DNA from: Marsupella aquatica
Lineage: Eukaryota; Plantae; Marchantiophyta
Reading direction: 5' to 3'
NCBI GenBank assembly: GCA_973895155.1
Contig: OZ316898.1
Coordinates: 21,153,292 to 21,217,291 of the forward strand
DNA length: 64,000 bases
The notes under the pieces are model-generated. The model had not been told where the DNA came from. It saw only the letters and a program-made list of their open reading frames with translations, and searched no databases. Both the position numbers and the translations under genes were made by a program. Position 1 is the first letter of the stretch, and the number at the start of each line of letters is the position of its first letter. Of this stretch, positions 12,326-25,300 are shown in pieces.

Positions 12326-13778
12326 CTAGCTAGCCCAATGCCCGTGCGTTGCATGAAAGATGTCAATGTGATAAAACGAGGTCGAGGTGATACGAGGGGA
12401 GGAGGGAAAAGATATTGAGAAGAAAAAAGATGTTAAGGAGAGAAAAAAAAATGTTGAGATGAAAAAAGATGAAAGATGTTGAGATGAAAAAAGATGTTTG
12501 AGGTGATAAATGATATCAAGATGAGAAAAGATGTCGAGGTGAGGCAAGATATCAAGGAGAGAACCTTAAAGATATTGAGGCGATGAAAGATGTCTAGTTA
12601 ATAAACTCATTGTCATTGTTGTGGCCGTTTTTATGTGTGGGGCCATTCATTTGTGTCCTTGGTCAATATGGTTATTGCAAAAACGCATTAGGATTTAGTG
12701 TTAAATAATGTAAGTTTGAAGAAATTCCTCATAGAGAGAATAGAAAAAATAAGAAATTAATTTAGTTCTCCCCTCAATAGCCTTTTTTCCACCTTCCTAT
12801 GAATTATGTCTTTTGAACTGAAACCTCTAATTTGTATTGTTCTTTTTCTATATGTATACTTTAATTGAATGCGACAAACATGTGTCCAAAAGTTATGTGA
12901 GTCTACCTAGATTTTCTTGTTAGATCCACCTATCCATTATAGCCACAGGTCAACTCACATTGAATTTCCAGTCACTTTGATATTAGAATCCTTTTATGGA
13001 TGTTAGTGCCATAGTCTAGATGTGGGTGAAAGCGCATCCGTGTCCCAAGCTAGGAGAGAGTCTTTATTCTTCCTTGCACCCAATCTCATGGACAGGAATA
13101 TTTAGGCCTTAAATCCAAGGGTCATATTAATGAGTTCCCTCCAAAACTGCATTTTCTAAGCAGACGAAGAGAATGCACATTTCAGATTTTGTCTTATTCT
13201 GATTTTTGTGTCATGTATTTTCATTCCAATCTGCCTTATCAAGGGGCAGCCTTTGTATTCTATACATTTTTAATTAATTTTTAGACCCCTTTAGTTTTAG
13301 GTATTCTAGAGTGTTCTGAACTTATTTTGGCAGCCCCCTTTCACAGTATGTGTTTTCTTAGAGATGAATCCAAAGTCTCCACCACCACGAGTGAGAGAAA
13401 TGATGATGAAGCACATGAATGCATAGCCTCTTAAGTTCTCCTCATGTTTTTCTTTCATAGGTTTATGGATTGAAAGGAGTGTCATTCATAAGGCACCCTG
13501 AGTTAGGTGCACATATCATAGCATCGTTTGACTGTACCTTTTCTTGGTCACGTACTGTGCTTTTCTTGGCAGACACTTTACTTATATAACAGCACTTCTA
13601 TGCTCTCATATTTTATTTACTTTCACATCACTACAAGACAAACAAATAAAGCATGTTCCAGGATGAGCATGCTATAATCTATATCCAAGGGTCATATTAA
13701 TGAGTTCCCTCCAAAACTGCATTTTGTAAGCAGACGATAAGTAAAAAAGGGCGGGATTGTATATATATAGTGAGTAGA
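12326..13778 (-). mobile_element. Non-autonomous Helitron carrying a ~0.5-kb extra segment
   Basis: 3' hairpin plus CTAG|T at 12326-12356; 5' TCTAC at 13778; body is an inverted homolog of 16391-17244. Confidence 0.7.
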
Positions 13779-14517
13779 ATAACATATGTGCATAGAAAGA
13801 GGGATGTGCATAGAAAAGAGTATGGTTTGTTATGGATAATTATTAAAATGATGACATGGATGATGTTTTATTTCTTTCTTTCTTTCATTAATCTCAAAGA
13901 ATGTGAATAAGGACTATGTTTGGTGTCATTTATATTGTACTCCCTTCTATTTACGTGAAAAGAACGGGTAGTGGGGGCTAGTAGTCATGAATTTTCCATC
14001 CAGAATATGAGCCATGGAGTTAGGGCTTCACTCTAGAAACCTAGGCCCCAACTGTAGCTTGCATTTTGCGCTTTACAAGTAAGATATATGTATCTTTAAA
14101 GACAAGAGACCTGGCATTGGGTATTCCTAGCCTAAATGGTTTAATTATGAAATTTCTCATTTATCCTAGGTAGAAAAAAAAAGGTTTAATAGTTCAGGGT
14201 TTAGGGAGGTTGAATCACGTATTTTTTCCAGACTTTTTGTTTTTCTCCCACAATCTTGCAATAACAATGCAGTCGGGGACAGCGATATGTGGGGTGGGGG
14301 ATGGGGACGAGAGAGAAAACCTACCCTGCCACACGACTTCTACCGGTACCTCTCCTCTCCACCCACAACTCATTTTTTCAATTTTTTTTTCTCATTGATT
14401 TCTTGCTTCAACAACTTCTGCACTCTTCCCTGCCGACAAATTTGAACAAGTGCCCGGATATCACTTCACTTGGTACAATGCACTCCTTTTGGACCACAAA
14501 TTTTTGGGATTTCCATT

Positions 14518-14548
14518 TTAGGGTTCAGGGTTCAGGGTTTAGGGTTTG
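14518..14548 (+). repeat. Short interstitial plant telomere-like array (TTTAGGG/TTCAGGG); further short arrays near 14192, 15755, 15908, 17893, 19138
   Basis: ttagggttcagggttcagggtttagggttt. Confidence 0.6.
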
Positions 14549-16359
14549 CATGCAGCACAAATTTGACCTCTCCTTCCTTCCCCCAACTCATTCTTTAAAG
14601 TTATTTTGGCGTAATCAAGTTGTTTTTGTTGCCTTTTGACCACTTTTCTATCACTAAGAATTCCCAAATGGAAACACTTTTAGAAATGACATCCCATGGC
14701 TTCCACTTTCAAACTTGAAAACGTTTTTATTCAATATATATGTACTTTTGTGCAAAATCACCTATCTATCTTCAACTAAAATACTTAGTCCGGCCAAAAC
14801 TGAAAACAAAATCGTCCCTTTACCTAATGAGATTTTCTGGGAACAATTCCCTAATGATCGACCCCCTGAGGTCTATGAACGGTCCAGATCTGAAATTGAA
14901 ATGTCTATCAACGGTCCAGACTGGGGAAAAGTAAGCAGGGGGTTGATTAAGCAAGCTTTTTCCAGAAGGGGGTCTACTAAGCACATCTCTCATGGCTTAG
15001 CATTGGATTTATGTTATAGTTTACTCCCAGTCTCCCACCTTGGATCACCTAGAAATCAGTGTAACCGAAGGAGGCAAGCTAGACAATAAGTGATAATAAT
15101 TGTGAGTGCACAAATTAACAACAACAAAGTTAATTTGTCAGACATGAATATTTAATAGGGTTTTAGGGTTTACTCGTTGCATGTTAAAGGCATTTGTATT
15201 ATTTGAAGGAAGTATAATTATTAATACTCTCCACCCTATACAGCTAAAATGAGTGTGTATAATTGTGAAGAATATCTATTTAGTTATTTTTCAAAAAGCT
15301 AAATTTCAATTTTCTCTTTTATGTCATGAGAGGGGGGAAGGTGTGTAGAATACCCTATCACCACCAGAAATAGGGTATAGTTGTTTCCAAAAATGGGAAT
15401 CAATCTTACCTTGCCAGATCTATCCATACACTCGATTCTTTCTCCCTCTGCGTGTGGTATGGGAGGAGAGAGTATAGAGAAGCCTTTGTTTTCACGATGC
15501 CTTCTCCTATTGCGTGTGTTGGTGAGGGAGAGCGACTCGCTCTCGAGTGCGGATGAACGGCCTGTGCAAAGTCCTCTGTCTATCATACTCCTCCCTGACA
15601 ACAAGACATGTAGAATTCTTGTATGCACAACAATGTACTAGGGCTGGTTAGGTGGCTTGTGCTTTTCAGATGGTCTTTGCTAAACGGATTGTGGAAGTAC
15701 TTGTTCAGCAAAGCGGAGTTCCATGTGCTCAATGTAGGCATCGATAAAATGGCTTAGGGTTTAGGGTTAGGGTTCCCCCTTGTGGTGTGGCTTTTCGTGG
15801 CTGGTCTCTCTCTAAAAAAAATACTCATTCCGCTGAAGTTAACGACTTACTTCAAGGAATCCCCTGTGGACCTTAGCTCCTTTTCTTATGTTATGTCTCA
15901 AAAGGTGTAGGGTTTAGGGTTTCCAAAATTGTTGCTGAAGTATCTGGAAGAAAAGCCTTATCTAAAAAGCATACAATTTCCCAAAAGTACACTATCAAAA
16001 TTTAGGGTGGACTATAATATTCCAGAGTTAGTGAAAGTATTGATTATTGAGGTCAATGAAGCTATGGGTTTAGAAACCCTTCGTATTATTTTGCCTGCAG
16101 CTGGGATCAACAAGAGGGCCATTCGTCTGGACGATTGTGAGATGATATGGTATGACATCCCGGTGCGAATCAGGTTTATGTTGCGTTTCTTCGAGTGGTC
16201 GGGAGCCATAGGCACTCATCAAGGGAGAAGACTAGTAAGTCCGGATACATAATCTTGGCTTGGGTTTGCTGCTTCCCTGTGCTCCACCCCTTCGGCAATA
16301 ACTTAAAGTACACCATACAACCTAGAATCTGCCTACGCGAGGGTCGAGTCGGGGGGGCA

Positions 16360-16362
<3 letters not shown>

Positions 16363-16395
<33 letters not shown>

Positions 16396-17244
16396 TCGCT
16401 ATACTACACAATTCCATTTTTTGTTTTTTCTTTTCGTCTGCTTACAAATTGCAGTTTTGGAGGGTACTTATTATGACCCTTGGATTTAAAACTTAAATAT
16501 TCCCGTCCATTAGATCTGGTGAGAAGAATAATGGATGTGCTACTGTAGCTTGGGGCAAACACGTGCTTCCACCCACACCTGGACTATGGCACTGATATCC
16601 ATTAAATTGATTCCAATATGAAGAGTATTGGAAATTGAATGTGAGTGACATGTGGCTATAATGGGTAGGTGGGTCTAACAAGAAAATCTAAGTAGACCCC
16701 ACATCACTTTTGGACACATGCTTACCCCATTCACCCCGAAGTAAACTTATAGGAAAGGGGACAATACAAATTAGACTTTTTTGAGTTGAAAAGACATTAT
16801 TTATATGAAGTGGAAAAGAGGCTATTGAGGGGAGATTGAACTATATTTCCTACTTTTTCTTACTCTCTATGCAATATTTCTTTCAACTTACAATAACGCC
16901 GAATCCTAAATTCTTTTTTGCAATAACCATATTGACCAAGCGCACAATGGCCCCCCAAACATGAAATGGCCACAACAATGAAATGGTCACAATGATAATT
17001 GATTGCAACAATAAAATGGCTGTAATGACAATTGTGCAGCACACGGGCAATGGGTTTACATAATACAAATCAAACATTATAAAAAATTGTATTATCCTGC
17101 CTAAATTGAAGCTCACATCACATCTTTTGTCGGTTCAATATCCTTTTTCTCACGACATCTTTTATCATCTTGGCATCTTTTTCTCATCCCAGCATGTTTT
17201 AATCACCTCGACATCTTTCGTGCAACGCACGGGCATCGGGCTAT
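16363..17244 (+). mobile_element. Non-autonomous Helitron, ~0.9 kb
   Basis: Begins A|TCTATCTATC ((TCTA)n 16363-16394); ends with hairpin CGTGCAACGCACG and a degenerate CTAT; homologous to 12326-13778. Confidence 0.7.
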
Positions 17245-19576
17245 ATGAAACCCTAAACACGGATCTAAATTGTTTTTTGAAACACAGGGCGTTCACATCC
17301 TGTGAAAGAACACGGTGGAAAATCACTCATTACAAAATATAGTACAGATTGAGGGCAAGTTTAGGGTTTAAGATGGAACCAGACCGGGGTGTGGCCGGCC
17401 TGAGGGTCTAGGTGAAAGCGATATGATGCCATGATTATTACAGCGTGGTGAGCGAGTGGCTGCTTCTGCCCGTGGACATAGACGCACGGAAAATACAATA
17501 ATGATTGGAAAATTCAACCGTGGCACATTTAGAACGGCTTTTGCCTCCTAACTTTGCTCAACTGTCAAAGGGAGGTTGTTGTTCTACTCTGTAATGTGGG
17601 CTGGTGCCGTCTGTTCTTTTCTCTACAAGAATGTCGTGTAGAAAAAAACGGCAAAAGCAATTCCGCAAAGGCTGTAAGGCTTACTGCTTGGTGGTTACCT
17701 TAGTCTGTTAATCCTGAAACCGGACCGGAAACTCACTTGCCCAACAGGGCTTGGTTAGGTGGAATGCGACGGTCACACTGGCGGCCGATTGCAATTCGAG
17801 CACTACATTCTGCCGGACGGAAGAAAAGCAAACAGCCTTTGAAGTTTATGGTTTTGGGGTGTGTCGCATCAAACGGCGACCATCATTGACATTTAGGGTT
17901 TAGGGTGCATCAAAGTTTAGGAGAGACCCGAATTAATAATAGAAATAAGTAACATAGTGGGACAGACCGAACAACCACCTGGATTGTGCAGCTATGTACG
18001 CGTTGTACAGGCAAAATACCTCGATGTTTTCAAGGCTCCCTCCATTCTCCCCAATTGGTACAGACACATTCATGGATTGCACGACATTATTCCCATCATT
18101 TATCATTGCATCCAGCATACATACATACATACATGCATACATGATACATACCATGAACAACCACTGCCTTCACCACTATTTCCCAATTGTTCGAGGGTGA
18201 GGAGGATTTGGCCAATTCGGTCACCATTTAGCAGCATGCAACTAGCAGTGCCCATCGCCGGCGCTCTGCCTTTGGGTGACCTCATTTGTCTTGCAGAATT
18301 GCATATGTAGGTGTAATAAACCTTCAATAAAAAATATTAAATGTAAGGTGCATGTAGGTCCTTACATACCTTGTCTGGCCTTGTTGTAGAGGAAACTTTG
18401 AGTACATTGGGTGCTTCACATATTACTCATAGCGGCTCAAGTAGGTCTGCTGAAAGTTGGGAAACCAAATGAACTTAATGTCCTCATAAATATTCTTTTA
18501 TGTTTAGTCCCCGCGAGAAGGGTGTGAAGCAAGCAACAAAATGATTCATCAACCAAGGAAACAATTGCCACTGGGGAAATGGCTTTAAGACTAGCCCAAA
18601 TCTTTGTTTATTTTACAGAGCATTGCTCATGTTAATGAGATTGTTGTTGCGGAGCTAACAAAAATGAAACTTTGCGGAATCCTGCTTTCCAGAGATGACA
18701 TCTCTTGTTACACAAATATACTGGTTTTGACTAATTTTATTGCTACATAGCTACTTGGCAACTTTTTTCGGGAAAGACCCACTTATTTAATTTTAATTTT
18801 GCCCTGGAGTGTGGGGATTCTTACTTTTTTTCTGTGGTTTCGGGTGTTAGTTCTCAGCCCAGTGGCGGCCGACTCCATACAAAGGAAATGATTTTAACAC
18901 CCTGCGGAGAAGCAAACGTCTCTGGAGGGCTGTTTGAGTCAACCATGTCATGCCGGGGTGAGTGGTTCAGAGTTCTTTTCAACGTCGGTGGACAATCGAC
19001 CATGGAGTGCGTGGGTGGTTGTCCACTTTCGGCCATTGAGTGCCCTAAAATCCCGCCACCACTCGATAGAAAGTAAATGACCCGCTTAGGGCTTCAATGG
19101 GTTAGGGTTGTAATTGGTATTGAAAGGAAAGTGGGCATTTAGGGTTTAGCAGGCTGGATGCAAAACCGCGACGACTTTTTTCGACCCGTTTAGTATCGTG
19201 CCTGTAAGGGTTCAGGAGTCGCTCACTCGCTCTGAACGTCCATTTTGCCAAAATGACCGACGACTTCCGGATTCTCTGTTACCTCGTGCGGACATTGTCT
19301 TCGCCGCCTCACTCTAGCTGCACAAAAGCGTTGCGTTGATGCAGTTGCCATGTCTACTCCTCATAATCTGGTGTCTTGTTATTGACTATGAGAATGAACT
19401 CCCAGGTTAAGTTGAGCAGCATCGTCGTGGTTCTTCGGCAATGACGGACATGATTTTTTTTATTTAGGCATGTGCCATCCATACCTGGGAAAGGTTGGTT
19501 CAATTGCGTGTTGATTTGATTATGGGAGCTGACAACAGTCAATGGAGGGAGTACGCAAGGCACGCACACATCGCCG

Positions 19577-20604
19577 GCGGGTTGGTGCAGGTGTTCCGGA
19601 AGAAGCCATTCTTCGTTGATGGCCCGGGGAACGACCGGAACTCCTTGTCAGGCAAGGTCTTGCTGGTATCAACTTTGGTCTTATTGCCTATCGGCAAGCC
19701 AAACACTTCGGCAATTACCTTGGGAGTAAGATAGAAATCCTTCCCATATATCCTCGTGCAATTGGTCTCGGGTTCCCATGATCCCACGAATTCTAATAGG
19801 TCTGACTCCGGTACCTCCGGCTTCAGCCATGGTAATCTTACAAAGGCCTCTAAGCCGGATCCGGCCATGAAGCCTTGGTACTTCTTGGTCTGCATGGCCG
19901 TGAAGCATGCATCCTCCTCCCGTGCAAAATGTAGTTGCACCTCCACCGGTAGGGTTGCCGCCCAGCCCTTCCAGGTGTCATCCCTGGTTGGAATGGCCTT
20001 GATGGGATCGACCTCCTCCTCTTCGGCTTCTCCCTGCCTCCTGCTCTGCTGCTCGGCTGGCTTCTTTGGTGCCGCCGACCTCGTTCTTTTTGCCGGGGTG
20101 GCTTCATCGTTGACGGCTCCCTTCCTCTTCATCTCTGTTGCCGTGGAGGTTTCTCCTAGCACCGTTGCCTGGGTCCACCTTTCCGTGCTACCCTTTAATT
20201 CCCAGTGTATGTCGTTGCAGTTCTTGATGGCCTCTCGGATGCCGACGACGCTGTCTTTGCAAAACAAAAGATCATCGAGTTGATTGGAAGTAGGCGTCCA
20301 CAGGAACTCGTCCTTGATGAGTTCGCCTCCTAAGAAAGCCGTCTTCTGCAGCTCCCACAATCGAGCGAGCTCCTGCCGTTCTCGAGCTGCCCTTTCTGAT
20401 TCCTCGTCCTCGTAAGTCTTGATGTACTCAGTTGCCCGTTCGAACAGGCATCCCTAGAAATGTGCCGCTTGATTGACGTTGCTCATACCCTCCTTAGGTC
20501 GATCGTCGGTATCTACTCTCTCCCCGAGTGCTTGCCTAAGCAGCTGACAGTAGTTGGCCTCCCGTAGTCGTCTGCCTAGTTCGTGCTCGCAAATGAGCCA
20601 CCAT
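19577..20604 (-). pseudogene. ORF-X fragment in the truncated 3' LTR of element B
   Basis: ORFs 19539-20360 and 20454-20666 match ORF-X residues ~48-390. Confidence 0.9.
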
Positions 20605-20619
20605 GAGCTGAGAGTCAGG

Positions 20620-22326
20620 CCTTTCCTTCCTTCTGGTAGATCGAGTAGAGACCCGGTAGCAATCATGATCTAAATCCTCCTCTAAGAAGGTTGATAGGGC
20701 TTCGGCCTCATCATCAGATGGTACGAACTCTGCCTCGGCATCCTCTTGCCATCCTAGTTCGATGTGGTTGATTTGAACTCCTCCGGGGGTAGTACCTGGC
20801 GGTAAGATCTTGATCGGCAAAAGCTTATGATTTGCGGCCAGGCCTGCCAACCAAGTAGGACATTGCCCTAGCATATGACCTTCCTGTCGGCATCCCATAC
20901 ATAGCTGAGCTGGTTGTCCATCACCCTGTTTGCGTGCATTCGGGCATTCTCTAGCAAAATGGCCAGGTTGACCACAATTATAGCACGCCGCAAATCTTTG
21001 CACATTCGGCCTAGGAGGTACTGACGGTTTCTGAATAATCCGAGGATACATCTCTCCTGGATTGTTCCTTAATCCTGACCACAGAGATGCAGGTCTGTTG
21101 GATAGGTCTCGTGCTCCAGTCTCACTGATGCCGAAAACACTATCAGCGGCATCTCCCAAAAAGTACTCTACTTCTCCCTGACATGGTCTGATCTCGGCCA
21201 CATGCCGAACATGATTAGTATTAAGCTTAGGACACGCATCTTTATGGTGTCCGGTTTTATAACATAAGGCACACCATACAGAGCTATCCTCCTGTACTAC
21301 CTTCTTTGGTTTTACCTCTGCAATGATAGCCTTAAGTTGCTCGGTAAGGGCTACGATGTTATCTGGTGGCTTAGCCTCCATCTTGACTTTCGTCTTCCCT
21401 CTCCTTCTGCCCTTCCTTTTCCTAGTTTTTTCTTCTTCAGAACTAGAAGATGACTCACTCTTGCTACTCCCACTATCCGAGCTTGACTTATCACTTCTAG
21501 ACTTCTTGGAATGTTTCTTCTTCTTATCTTTTTTCTTATGGGGTGATCCCTCCTCTGATGAGGAACTCTCAGACTTAAGCTGTTTCTTCCGGCTTGTGAT
21601 ATCTGCATTAATGTATAATTGAATATCCTTAATTGCTTCGGCTAAAGTCTCTGGGTTCTCCTTCCTAATTGCAAAACTCATCTTCTGTGGCAAAGCATTC
21701 ACCAACCATTGAAGTTGCATACCTTCAGATGCATTGGTCTTTGTACGTCTTACCAGTTTCTGAAAGCGTTGCAAGAACTTCCTGAAGGATTTGTTCTCCT
21801 TGAACCGAAGTTGTCCCAACTTCAGCACTGCTAGTTCTGAAGTTCCAATGGGTCGAAACTCCTTAACAAAGAGTGTTTTGAAGATATCCCAGATGGCTTG
21901 ATCTTCCACATCTAATGCTCTGTACCAAGGCCTAGCCTCACCCTTGAACAGGCCGGGAAGAATCTGCATCTTGATGGCCGATTCTCCATTTGCTGCAGCG
22001 GTTCCCTCGAAATCATCCAACCATTCGTCCGGATCCTCATCTCCTCTCCCATGAAATGCCTTGTAATGTATGCACGACCGCTGGCTCAATCTGGTCCCTG
22101 GCCTCTCGTCTGGCCGTGCCTCTGGTTCCCCCATGTCGGTTGGAGACTCACTTCTCCTTACCGACTCTTCTTCTGGTATGTCTTCTTCGACGCCACTTCC
22201 AATTTCGGAGCTACCAGCTCTTTCTGCCCCTCTCAGTCGCTGTGTATCATGCCACCCGGCGAGCTGCTGCAGTCGAGCTCTCTCCCGTTGAATCACTCTT
22301 TCTTCCCTCGGCGTAAGGTCAGTCAT
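20620..22326 (-). CDS. gag: Gag of element B (gag domain plus three CCHC knuckles), fused at its C-terminus by a deletion
   Basis: FHGRGDEDPDEWL...GEARPWY...W..FK..FVKEF; CALCYKTGHHKDAC, CYNCGQPGHFAREC, CMGCRQEGHMLGQC. Confidence 0.9.
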
Positions 22327-22373
22327 TACCTACGCTTTCGTTCTAACTTCATATCTCACGGCTTAAGAAATGC

Positions 22374-22391
22374 CCCCTCCATCTAGCGCCA
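22374..22391 (-). other. Primer binding site of element B, probably tRNA-Asn(GUU)
   Basis: TGGCGCTAGATGGAGGGG 4 nt after the LTR end; from memory the plant tRNA-Asn 3' end is CCCCUCCUUCUAGCGCCA (one mismatch). Confidence 0.75.
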
Positions 22392-22395
22392 AAAA

Positions 22396-25300
22396 TGTGG
22401 TGCGTCCCATGGCTCCCTAAACCCAAGAAACCCCCCAGCTCAAGCCGATTCCCGCAGGTTTCGCGCTTGGCGAGGCCGTTTCCGCGGCTTAGCGGCATGG
22501 GACGCTGCTAACCTTCTACTACTACTATTAACATTTTACACACATATACTGGACAGATCCTTCATCGGGTCATGAGATACGTAGCCGGCCTAATATAGGC
22601 CTTCCCATGTCTTCCCCTGTCTTCCCCTCCGTCTTGTTAGGTATGTTTGGATTCCGCCGCCGGAATGATCCCCAATAGGCTTGGTTAAGCGCTAAGACCT
22701 CTCTTAGCTCGACACATCCAACTCTCACTCCCCTGCTTACTTTCCTTCCTTCTGTTGATGTGGGCACTCTTCACACAAGTTAATGCGACACACAAATAGC
22801 AAAATGACTCATTCTGACTGAGTCATACCATGCACTTGCCATACAAACAGTACATCTCATACACAAGTTCTGCGAACTAAGCCGTGAGGCCAACTCTATT
22901 CAGCTCTTAGGCATGAGGAAACATGAATATACACAAGGGTCACTGTATGACTAACCGAGAGCTTCTCGTACTACTTGATCCCAGCCCGGCTGGTGCAAAC
23001 TAAAAACTTGCTAAAGAAGAGGCCCTGAGCTCCCCGCTGCCCAAGTACTTATCCTGGTAGTGGATCCGCCATTCTTTGCATCGTAAGCCTAATCTACTTA
23101 ACAGTAATCTACTTGCCCGAATCTACCTACGTACAGCAAGGCAGGAGCACAAGTGTTGCTCCTACCAGTGGGACCGCAATCCCACTAAGCTAAGTATCAG
23201 GGCCGCTCCTGGTTCTGATCCTAATCCTAAACGTGGAGATCCGCGCCCGCCCTGCCCACTCACGCCTCCTCGCTCCACGTCCGCCCTCCCTAAAAGGAAC
23301 GGCGCCCTTGCACCGTCACGACACCGGCGGTGGATCCTTAATGGACGCCCCCAACGCTTCCTCCTCAGCCACTGCCGTAGGCTCATTCCCTGACAGATTA
23401 CCTGCCCTTGACTGAGTCAACTCTCCATCGGCCTGACTGGGTCCACCATCGGCGTCGGCATCGGCTCAAGAATCGGTTACGGCCTCAGCCTCGGCTACGG
23501 TCTCCCCGGCCTGCTCAAGAGGCGGATCTGGAATACTGGCCTCCTTACTGAGTAGTTCGGCTTGGGCCGCACCATCCCTACCTGTGATCATAGCGGGATC
23601 TATTGCCGTATTCATGTCGGAGGATGGTGCTGGTTCTACCTCTTTGGTCACCACGGCTTGTGGAGTCGGATTACTCCTTGACCCTGAAGGTTTCCGCTTT
23701 TTCTTCTTTTCTGGTTCGGCAGCTGGTCCCTTCCCCTTCCCACTTACCTCCGGCACTGGTGCAGTTGGCGCGGCTTTTTCTTCGGCCAGTACCACTCCTG
23801 GTAACTTGGTTGCCCCAATTGGAGTTGGGCCTGATGAAGACAAGCACCTAAATACTGCGGCTTGTTTCTTCAGCCGCTCCGTTTGGTTGTCGGCCCGCCG
23901 CTGGAGGTTCTCCATCTTCCTCGTGATTTCCTCCAACTCCTCCTGGGTCTCATCCAGGTCCTTGCGTGCCTCCTCTAGTTCCTTCTGGGCTTCCTCCCGT
24001 TCTTGTTTCAAGGTAGTCCTCTCCTCCTGGGTTGCTTTTAGCTCCTTGTCGAGCTCTGCAATGATGACAGACTCCATCTGGTTCATCTTGGCGTAAGTCT
24101 GTTCGAGCATCTCGTCCTTCTCCCTTAGGTCGGCCTTGAAGCTGGCCGTCAGGGACGCAAGCTCCTGCTGCAGCGCCATAATCCCTTGATAGGATTTCCC
24201 TAACTCGGCCTCCTTCTGCTCAAGGGCTCCGCGGATTTTCTCGAGCTCCCCTTTCAACGCCCATTCCTTTCTTTGGGTCTCCGCCATGGCCCAGCTGTTG
24301 GCTGTTATGTGGGCCTCCTCTGTATTCTTCAGCTCTTGCTTCCACTTCTCCCTCTCTTTGATCGTGTCGGCCAACTCTTCCTGCGTCTGAGTCAGTTTAT
24401 CCTTGATATTCTGATTATCAGCCTGCGCGGTGTCCAACTGCCCCTGCATGATGTTCAGCTCATGTCGTTTAATCCGCAGTTCATCTTGGGCTTTCTTGGC
24501 CGCCCTTAGATCTTCAATCTCGGCTTCCATCCTCCTAAGCCGCCAAATGACCTCGTCCTTCTTGCTTCTCTCTAAAGCCACCGCTTCTTCTAATTGGTGC
24601 TTCTCCAACTGCTCCCTATGGAAAAAGGGTCCTACTTCCAACTCCTCTCCAAAGATGCCGAGGGCAAGTTCCCCACACATCTCGCCATACTCCATGGCTC
24701 TATTCTTAGCGTAGGTGGAGTAAGTAGAAGTGATCGGCATCGCCCATCGCGGCCTCTGCTCCCAAGCCGTCCTGCGGATCTCTTCAATCGTGGCTAGAGG
24801 TTTGCTTCCTTTTTTGGCTAGCCGCCTGATGTCCTCCGGCCAATCTCCTCCTGGTAAATCCTTTTCCTTAGCCAGGGCGGCCTCCTCCTCCTGCTTGATT
24901 CGCTCCTGAAATTCCTGCACCGTCTGTTTTATGCCGTCGAAGCTCAGGGGAGCAACATCTGGTGGGGGAGACTCAGGGCTACTCTGCTGGTTGGGGTCCC
25001 CTCGCACTACCCTTGGAAGTGTGGGGACAAACCGGCCACAGGTCCTTACTCCTGGAACGTGATGGTCCGACCCATAGCCGGAATTATCATGGCTGCAGTC
25101 CTCCACTGCCTCCTCTACCTCTTGGACGTTCGGCTTCTCCCTCTCCTCTTCGTCGGTAGGAGCTTCAGGCAATTCTGCCTCAGATTCGGAGCTTGAGGTT
25201 CCCACGTACATTCGAACACCTGGCTTGGATTCCGGCCTGATTCTCTCCTTGTCTCCAGCAAAGGGGTTTTCTCTTGTGAGCCGGTGTAGGCCTACCTCTG

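Noticed and set aside
17933-18450. Possible minus-strand exons with GT-AG borders
   Set aside because: The frames contain stops and no family could be recognised.
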